From NCBI GenBank assembly GCA_951406725.2, contig OX597815.1, forward strand, positions 44,206,001-44,270,000: a stretch of 64,000 nucleotides of DNA, given 5' to 3'. The DNA comes from Octopus vulgaris. Its lineage: Eukaryota. Below, one piece after another: positions 53,956 to 64,000 of this stretch; the stretch's first letter is position 1; every line of letters starts with the position of its first letter. A model generated the notes under the pieces. The model saw only the letters and a list, made by a program, of their open reading frames with translations, did not search any database and was not told the origin of the DNA. A program made the translations under genes and the position numbers.

Positions 53956-54594
53956 AGAACTCCGACCTTGTTTTTTTTTGTTTTTTTGTTGTTGTTTTTT
54001 TGTTTTTTTGCTTATTTCGAATCTCATCTCGCATTGTTCCGACCTTACCCATCAAATTTCTTATCTGTAACATCACACAATACTTCACTGTAACTACTCC
54101 ATGTGTGTGTGTGTATGTGTGTGTGTGTAACGATTTGATTTTCATCCTTTGAAAAGAAATAAAAATCAAACAAATAAGCTACAGATCACACTTGGACCTC
54201 CCTACATAAAAAGAGGGAAAACAAAACGTTAGACCAATTCATTCATTTCCTTGTTCACCGAATAGTTTTACGAAGGACCATAAATTGCAATAGAAATGTA
54301 GAATTTTTTAAAATTCTAGATGTACCGATAGCTGTCCACTAAATATACTTACGAGAGACTGCTTTGTTCTCTGAATATAAACCCTTTCTGTATTTATGTA
54401 ATTAACAGACTTTTTTTTTTATTATCTAGAAATCATGTCCTAATTCTTTTGAGGTTTTGTATTTGTTTAAGTAGCAAGTAAAAAGAAACAATGACTTACC
54501 TTACTAGATAAAAGATTTGGTAAATTATAGCAACGTAAAATATAGGTGTATTGTTTTCAGGTTTCTTCCTTAGCTTACAGCCATATTAAGCTTG

Positions 54595-54676
<82 letters not shown>

Positions 54677-54682
54677 ATATAT

Positions 54683-54867
54683 CTTTTACTTGTTTCAGTC
54701 ATTAGACTGCCGCCATATTGTCTAATGACTAAGTTCCCCGATAAGTTACGGGGACGTAATCACACTAGCACCGGTTGTCAGTCAGTGTGGGGAACAGGCG
54801 CAGACCCAAAGACACACTCATATGCATTTACACATATATATATATATATATACATACATATATATAG

Positions 54868-54965
<98 letters not shown>

Positions 54966-55128
54966 CGGGCTTTTTTTCAGTTTTCCCCCTACCAAGTCCA
55001 CTCACAAGGCTTTGATCGGTCCGAACTATTATTAGAAGACACTTACCCAAAGTGCCAGGCAGTGGGACTGAACCCTGAATCATATGGTTGAAAAGCAAGC
55101 TTTTTTACCACATAGCCACGCCTGCGCC
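54683..55128 (-). mobile_element. SINE family B with internal (GATA)n
   Basis: Head ..CCACATAGCCACGCCTGCGCC; tail CTTTTACTTGTTTCAGTC. Confidence 0.8.
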
Positions 55129-55196
<68 letters not shown>

Positions 55197-55525
55197 AAAA
55201 CAGTTTGATTCGGTTTCGTGCTATCTCAAGTTTTGCAGGCCTCTAATGGAAGCCCGACTCCTTCGGGCTTCTGGAATGGCAAATAGTGACATCCAGGAAG
55301 TGCATGTTGGCTACCAGACGATAGGCTACTATTTGTCAAGGAGGGTCACATGGTATTATAACGAATAATGTCAATTCCTTAGCGAACTGATTTCCTCAGA
55401 AAGATTTTCTTTGGCTGCTTTGTTGGACAGGAAACTGATGGCGTCAATCTATTTGGATGTGACAGCAGTAAGGCCGGTGAGAGTATGAGTTTGTGTGAAC
55501 TTGTACGCGTAGGCGTGTGTCTGTA

Positions 55526-55580
<55 letters not shown>

Positions 55581-56449
55581 CAAATAAGAAAATGGTAGTG
55601 GTAAAATATCTCTTTACCATCACCCATTTAATACACTAGGTAAGTTAACTGCAATGCAATAAAAACCATTTGTGTATTAATAACTGAGTATTATACCAAC
55701 AGTATATTAGATAGATATTATCCCTTAATGGGTTGGACCCACAGCCCCTAACTTTCTTGGAATTATATATAGATATATATTTATGTGTACATATATATTT
55801 ATATACATACATATATAATAATATAAAGAAAGTATATGCATATATGCATGTACATACATACATATATATATATATGCATACATGGGTACAGGACGTCAGA
55901 AAACATAAACAACATGAAATACAAAGACAAACTGGGTATGCGAACAACGAGAGAAATAAATGGAAAACAAGACAAGTAACATAAAGAATGACCCTTCATC
56001 AGTTGTCGGCTGTTCATCTACTCCACATTTTGAGCAATTAGCGACAACATGAGGCTTCAAAAAACACATGTTTTTGTTAACAACTTTGACCCTCCGCAAA
56101 TCCCAAATTTTATTTTGGTTCGCGAGAGCAACTGTTTTTTAGTTAACCGCTTCATTTCATGTTGCTCTAGCCCACTCACCTGTAAATGAGTAAGTCTGTG
56201 ACGGTCTGGCATTCCGTTCTTGAGTAATGTCTCTATCATTATCTCTCCTTCTCTCTCTCCTTCCTTCTGTCTCTCCCTCCTTCTCTCTGTCTCTCTCTTA
56301 GTCTATCTCTCTCACACACGCGAATTCACGAACACACACACACACGCAAACACATACACACACACAAATTGTAAACTACATTAAAATGATTGATTGAAAA
56401 TATTCACTCAACAACATACTGTAGCCATTAGCACTCTCTCTACAAACAC

Positions 56450-56500
56450 TACGACTACTACTACAACTACTGCTGTTGCTGTTGCTGCTGCTGCTACAAC

Positions 56501-56580
<80 letters not shown>
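56450..56580. repeat. (ACT)/(GCT)/(GAT)n trinucleotide repeats
   Basis: Seen directly. Confidence 0.9.
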
Positions 56581-56934
56581 CTTTGATAAATCGATCTCCT
56601 CTGAACCAACAAGCTGCTTACCACTTCCGAATATTTAAGCTCTATTCACCTGCTTGCCTTTTCTCTGTATCAATATCACATATTCTAAGTTAAGAAAATA
56701 TTCTTACTAAAGCATATCGCTATCTTTTTGTCAGTAATTTTCATCTCAAACACGAATTTTACAAATACACCTTTTCTTCATATGCACAGGGAATTGACTA
56801 TATTTGATAGACAGCTGGTTTGACGAGTTGAAATTGTTTCCGAATTCTTTGTTTTGCAATGAAGTTCAAAATCAACTGTTTTTCATAAAAATATGGCTTT
56901 AAGCCAAGGATGTCAATATGATGATACATTTAAA

Positions 56935-57140
56935 GGTGGCAAATTGGCAGAACCGTTAGAGCGCTGGGCAAGATACTTAACAGCATTTCGTCTGTCTTTA
57001 CGTTCTGAGTTCAAATTTTGCAGAGGCTGGCTCATCCTTTTGAGATCCATAAAATAAATATCAATTAAACATTGGGGTCGATGTAATCGACTTAACCTCT
57101 CCCCCATACCCGCTGACCTTTTGCCAAAACTTGAAACCAA
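56935..57140 (+). mobile_element. SINE family A monomer
   Basis: GGTGGCAAATTGGCAGAACCGTTAG head, GTTCTGAGTTCAAATT. Confidence 0.7.
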
Positions 57141-59594
57141 TTCGGTAACTTGTTTGACACCAACTAGACAAAATCAAATCAAAATTCAATAGGACAGGGC
57201 ATAAATTATACTAAGTAATACCATTCATCTTTAACAAAGTCATTAATACCCGCAGAATGGATGTACAAAAGAGACGGTATTCCGACATATTGAGGACGAT
57301 GTGGATATCAGAAATGAACACATAAAATGAGGACTGGTTGCCGAAGTGAACTGCCTGACAATAATCACTGTTCCTGTATTTTGAACTGAGCCAAGTCACA
57401 GCAATTATGCAGCATTGAGAAAAGTTGTTATGCAATAACTGAGGCTATGAAAAATAAAAAGGAAACATGCAGAAGGTAGTTTGCCCAGAATGAAGTAAAT
57501 AGTGTAAATGCCTCAATCAGTCATTTCACTGCATTGTGCTAGAGAGGAAAGCCTTACCAAATTCATGAAACCATTGCAGTAAATAAAGATCCTTTATCTC
57601 CTTCTTACTCTTGTGATGAAAATAAAGGAAATAAAGGCAAAGAAATTTCAGCAAGTCACTGTACTTATGTTGTTAATAAACCAAATATTGTACGTGATCA
57701 TAGATCAGTGTTTATAAATGTTCATCGTGGTTTGAACCAAACACCTGTAGGACATTAACGTGATACATATTCTCAAATTAATGTAGTACTAATATCTGCT
57801 TACAGATCACTTGGTATGTTTGCTCCTCTGAGTCCATCGAATCAATTATCAAGCTGTGCAGATTTTCTCTCGGGTCATTTAAGTTAGAAATGAGATATCG
57901 TACCAGAAATGTAACACTGATGTTCACATTAATAATTCTAAACGTAGACATACTCCCTCTAACGATGGACTGTAATGTTATCTAGAAACAGAAATTAGTA
58001 AAATTAGAAAATTCAGTGACCTTGAACATATGCACCATCCACTGGTATACAAAGGTAGGGATCTGTGCCTTGTGAACTTAAGGATAAATTTACTAGTAAA
58101 CAATTGTTTTCAAGCGAATATATTGTCTATGAGGATCCAAATGCTACTCTTAATATCAATCCATCGTGCAGATTACTCAAGGTCTAACCATAAGATAAGA
58201 TCTTGTGTAGCAACTACAACTTATCATCAAAATTTATCCTTTCATTAGGTAGATTGGCTCACATGTTAATGTATTGTCAATACACTTTTACAAATAGACT
58301 GTGGGTATATAAGAACACTCGTGTCTAAAGAATGATGATGCGAGAATTATGCCATAACCAGTAAAGTTACTTTTGTCAGGAGATTATATTCAGAATAGAT
58401 TTTAGGTGAGTTCAACTCTTCACAGTCTCAATAATAGAACACGTTATCAAAACACTGAGATAAAAGACATGAAACAGCTGGAAAATATCCAGGCTTAAAA
58501 CGAAAGAGAAATTCAGAGTATGTATAAAATGTCCAAGAAGATAACTACTTGGCGAAATATTGTAATTACAATAAATGCATCTATACTGGACATTTTTAGA
58601 TATTTTTATATTTTAAATAATACAGTGGATTCCTCTGCTCTCGAGAAAACAATTAGAGCCATCTCTAACTGGCGTGTGATGCAATAATGTGTCCATAGGC
58701 CGAAGAAAAAGCTAAGAAACTGGGTATCTGTTTTTAAAACTAGGGACGAAGCGAAAACGTAGGCCATCACAGGTAATACAATATTTGTGCCAACGAAATA
58801 TGAGCGTCAGAATCAAAGGTATTATCAATAGCCTTTACCTTTGGCTTGACGTCATCTTTGTGGTATAGTATGGGCAACTGGTGAGTGTGCAAATGTACAA
58901 GAATGACATGTGACTGTGTAGGGTTCAGTGAGCTTACATGTTTTAATATTGCAAAACTACATCGAAGAACTGTCAAGAGTGTAGGAATGTCTCATGGAAA
59001 GAATTATTCAGGGCAGAAAGCCCAATTGCAACGCTTGTGATATCAAAAGCTACATTTGGGCTTTTTGATACAGCGGATCTCGAAAAGCATAGAAATAAAA
59101 GAAAGGGGATGATGTTACACACTGGTAACAACAGTACGTCCCAGTTTTTTTCTATAAACTGTTAAGTATTTTCTGCAATTATTTGTATTTTGTTTTATAA
59201 ATTTTTAATACTTGTTCACATATTTATTGCATAAGGTTAAAACAGAATTGTGCACTTGTCCTACACCATTTTTAACGTTGTATGCATGAATAATGGTGTA
59301 TGTTGTGACCCATTGTGACGACATTAATGGAAGAATTATTTGATAGAATCGGAGCGTTGGACAAACCCTGAAGTGTTCTACATCTACAAAAAGTAGTCTT
59401 GTTCAAGATTCCAAGTTTTCTACATGGTTGGTAAAAGTTCTATATTTCGTATCCAAAGAACATAGATCAGTATCTTCCTTATCATGCATTAAATCGTTGC
59501 TCATTCAGACCACTATAAAAGAAAACATCGACAAACGAGACGATTTTCTTGGTTCTTGCACTTCATCTCTTTAAGAGATATATGTTGTGTGTGT

Positions 59595-59665
<71 letters not shown>

Positions 59666-60345
59666 GTGATCCTTCATCATATCGCGGTTCATCTATCCCG
59701 ATTTATTATTTAAGCTTACGCCGATACCTCCATGGTGTTTTGTTGCATCTCTTATGATAAAAGGCAGATTTTCTCTGCCTGTGACTATGTTTCTTTTTAA
59801 TACAATTCTACAATATAGAATTTATTCAATTGGAATTTACCTATGATTTTTCGAAGTAGATTCGATTGGGTCATGGCGTATACATTTTTTTCAATTTCAC
59901 CCCCAATTAAGCAAAAATTCGAGAAAACTCAATATTTTACGATTTGCCTCTCTCATTTCAAATGCTTTACTCCTGCTATTACCAAACTTTCTCCTACTTT
60001 CTCTTTGCAAGTGTATACCACTATCATACCCTCTTTCTGCAACTCTTATTCAATATCACACATTCTGCTACTTTCTCTTATTAATGCTTAAATCGAGCCT
60101 AAAAAAAAAAAGGAAACAGAGATCTGTCGCTAACTTTTGGTAGTATTCATTGGCGAGCATACTTCAGTTGTCAATTGTTGAAAGAAAGAAATTGTAAGCT
60201 AAGAAGGTGTGTGTGTGTATGTGTGCGTGCGTGTGTGTGTGTGTGTGAGAGTGTGTGTGTGTGTGTGTAGGAAGTGAAGGATAAAAATATGGCAAGAAGT
60301 GGACAGATGTACATATATACATACACACATCCATACATACATACA

Positions 60346-60377
<32 letters not shown>

Positions 60378-60410
60378 TGTGTGTATTAATGCGTGTGTGT
60401 TATCTCTCTC

Positions 60411-60790
60411 TCTATAAAGCTGAAGTTGTCTGTGTGCGGCAAGTTTGGTAGCCTTCAACTAACACTATCTCCTCCGAGACCTTGCGGCGCAAGTTTACCA
60501 AAATTGACAGTATGATAGAAGGGTTGCTCTTCCTTCCGTAGAAGATAAAATTCACATCGGACCATGTTAACACCAAAAATTATTTACATCAAAAAGATGC
60601 TTTTTTCTATAAAAATCCATATTTTTTACGATTTTTTCACTGCTGTGTCGCCACTTTTCGGTGTATTTCAACCAGAAAAATGTTCACTTGAAGAGAATAA
60701 CAAGCTATATAATGCAAAATTTTTACTTTTCAAAAATTCCAATTCCAGCGGGTCAAAACAAACCCGAGCAACGCCGGGCGATACTGCTAG
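60411..60790 (+). mobile_element. Non-autonomous Helitron
   Basis: TCTATAAAGCTG start; CCCGAGCAACGCCGGG hairpin plus CTAG|T end. Confidence 0.8.
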
Positions 60791-60907
60791 TTTATAATAA
60801 AATAGATATATTCAAATTATGAAAATAATGAAATAATAATAATGTACAGTACTGTTTCTACTTCGCAGTTTTTCACCTATCGCGCGGGGGAGGAACGTAA
60901 CACCTAC

Positions 60908-61532
<625 letters not shown>

Positions 61533-61540
61533 ACAGAGAA

Positions 61541-61595
<55 letters not shown>

Positions 61596-62235
61596 TGTAT
61601 ATATGTATGTATGTACGTATATGTTTAGCAATACAACATGAAACGAATGGATAATAAAGATATTACACGCGTTTCAGTAGCAAATTTATTATTAACACTT
61701 TGCGTTGAACTGTTTGGTATGTAATAAAATGCAGTATTATGTGAGATTATGCTACATGTGTGTGCACGCACATTATACATATGCAGCTCTATTCATAGAT
61801 ATGCAAAGGAGTGCATGTGTGTGCAGTTACTTATATATTAGCATTACGTATTTCCTAAAGGAAGAACTTGTTTGATTAGACATTTCCTTGGCTGTACAAA
61901 TCACCTGACTGAAGGAAACAATGGTCCGGATGTTGTACAATCCTGTTTATATATACATATATCAGCCTATCAAAATCTACACATTTATAACACAAACCTG
62001 AATTGAAAACTATTATATAATTGTATAATAAAATAAACAATGACAATATCTGTGCGGCCATGTGCGTTTGTGGGTGTGCATGGATATATATATATATATA
62101 TATTATATTATATTAAATTAGAGATAAAACCACTATTAGGCAAATCAAACAATGAAAAACTTAAGCCAATACATAAAATTAATTAATTTATATTATTTTA
62201 AATATATATCAAAACTATTAAAAGTTTAATAAAAG

Positions 62236-62279
<44 letters not shown>

Positions 62280-62328
62280 CATAGATATGAGAGGGAATTT
62301 GGTAGACGGAAACTGAAAGAAGCCAGTC

Positions 62329-62388
<60 letters not shown>

Positions 62389-62469
62389 GTGTGTGTGTGT
62401 ATTTGTGTGTGTGTCTGTGTTTGTCCCCCCACCGTCACTTGACAACCTATGTTGATGTGTCTACGTCTC

Positions 62470-62636
62470 CATAGCGGATCTACTTCTAGCATAAGGGTTA
62501 TCCACATGGTGGTCATCCCTCTCATATGTATGTAATACAATTTTCTGAACCGTCAGATTTTAATATGCTAGACCACTTGTTTTAAATTGATGTTAATGAA
62601 ATTAATATCCAATTTTTCACCCTCATTTTAAATTTA
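62470..62636. mobile_element. Third copy of the pLTR-like family seen at 22 kb
   Basis: Reverse complement of ~21960-22132; fused to a truncated SINE B (62295-62470). Confidence 0.75.
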
Positions 62637-62655
62637 GATAGATAGATAGACAGAC

Positions 62656-62732
<77 letters not shown>

Positions 62733-62759
62733 TATGGACAATATACCGGGAATTTATGT

Positions 62760-62975
62760 ATAGACGGTAGGAGAAACGTCTAGGGAAGAAGCTGGGTAGG
62801 TAAGAACTTAGTAGCCGAGTTCCCTCAACTTCTGGAGCGTCATTAGTGAAACGTGTGGTCGAGCATTGTCATGAAGAATGATTGGCCCTCATCTGTCGTC
62901 CAATCTGTGACGGAGTACCTATTTTCGTTCATTTTGGCAATATGTTTCTGCAGTAATGATTTTTCCAGGTTTTAA
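62760..62975 (-). mobile_element. mariner fragment of the same family as 10976-11425
   Basis: Minus strand GPIILHDNARPHVSLMTLQKLRELGY. Confidence 0.8.
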
Positions 62976-63574
62976 GAAGTTTCTTGGCCTTCTCTTCATT
63001 CTCATCACTTTCCCTCCTTTTTTACCTCACTCTGTCCTTTTCCTTGTTTTCTCTCTTTCTTGTCCCTTCCTAATTCTTCAATCCCTCTACCCCCTACCTC
63101 TCTCCTCTCCTTCCACGTGACCGATGTTCGGCCAAGCCTGATCTTTCTTTCTTTGTTTCACTACCATCCGTGTAGCATCTCTTATATTCCTTCCTATGAT
63201 GCTCATCCTCTATGCTCCTGCCGTAAGGCTTCACTTCCACACAAGCCAGCTTAATTTAATTCGTCCTTAGTCGAAAGACACCTGTTGTTAATGTCCTGTT
63301 GTTTGTATTTGTAATTGTGTACAATTTCACCGTTTATTATTTTTTTTCGTCCTTGTTTTCGTATACATTTGCTAGCTTTCTGCCAAAGAATATAGTGCTC
63401 TTAGCTTAGATTTTCTTGTGGCCTGCTTGATTAGAGCAGTCTCGAGAGTAACCGGCCGAAACTGCAAAGATGGTCTGGTGCTCGACTGAAGAAACTGTAA
63501 AGATGATCTGGTGCTCGACTGAAGATTGAAAGCTCCGAATGATCCGTCCTTGTTTTACCTGTCCTTCTAACTCA

Positions 63575-63757
63575 TGATAGATCGCTAGCCACTACACAAT
63601 CTTTATTTTCTCTCCCTGTTTCTTTCTGTGTTCCTTTCTGTGGAAGGGCATAGGCTCGAAACGTTAAAGACTTTTTCACTTAATCTAATACATCTGTTTG
63701 TTGTCTACACCACCCACCACCTGTTTTCGTCTTTTGTTCTTTTTTGTGAATTCTCCT
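63575..63757 (+). mobile_element. Penelope pseudo-LTR fragment with a hammerhead-like motif (63634-63669)
   Basis: CTTT-CTGtGGAA-GgGC-ATAG-GCTC-GAAA-CG-TT-AAAG; ends at (TA)n. Confidence 0.7.
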
Positions 63758-63816
<59 letters not shown>

Positions 63817-63847
63817 ATATGTATATGTGTATGTATATATATATAAG

Positions 63848-63938
<91 letters not shown>

Positions 63939-64000
63939 TCAGCCTCATAGTGTGTTACCTGCAACTAGTATCTTCTACTTTAACCCCTTGTTGCCCAAAT

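Overview
AT-rich, microsatellite-dense eukaryotic DNA with no host protein-coding gene that I can support. The repeat content (tRNA-derived SINE families, mini-Helitrons, Penelope fragments in (TA)n) points to an octopus or other coleoid cephalopod genome, most likely intronic or intergenic; this is inferred from repeat recognition, not from a database search. Nearly all ORFs in the supplied track are translated microsatellites or SINEs. The real coding remnants are all transposon-derived: a degenerate Tx1/L1-type LINE (7.4-11.0 kb), Penelope-like GIY-YIG fragments (12.4-12.9, 18.6-19.6 and 53.4-53.8 kb), four Tc1/mariner relics, R4/Dong-like and RTE-like LINE remnants, and a tRNA-His pseudogene. 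The most interesting signal is non-coding. A ~523-bp unit at 41.15-42.25 kb carries a nearly intact type I hammerhead ribozyme and is arranged as a permuted tandem plus an inverted copy inside (TA)n, which resembles a retrozyme or Penelope parasite. A related 311-bp fold-back lies at 22.1 kb. Several further hammerhead-like motifs occur, three of them sharing a CUGU core variant. SINE multimers at four loci repeat the same AG|GT junction.
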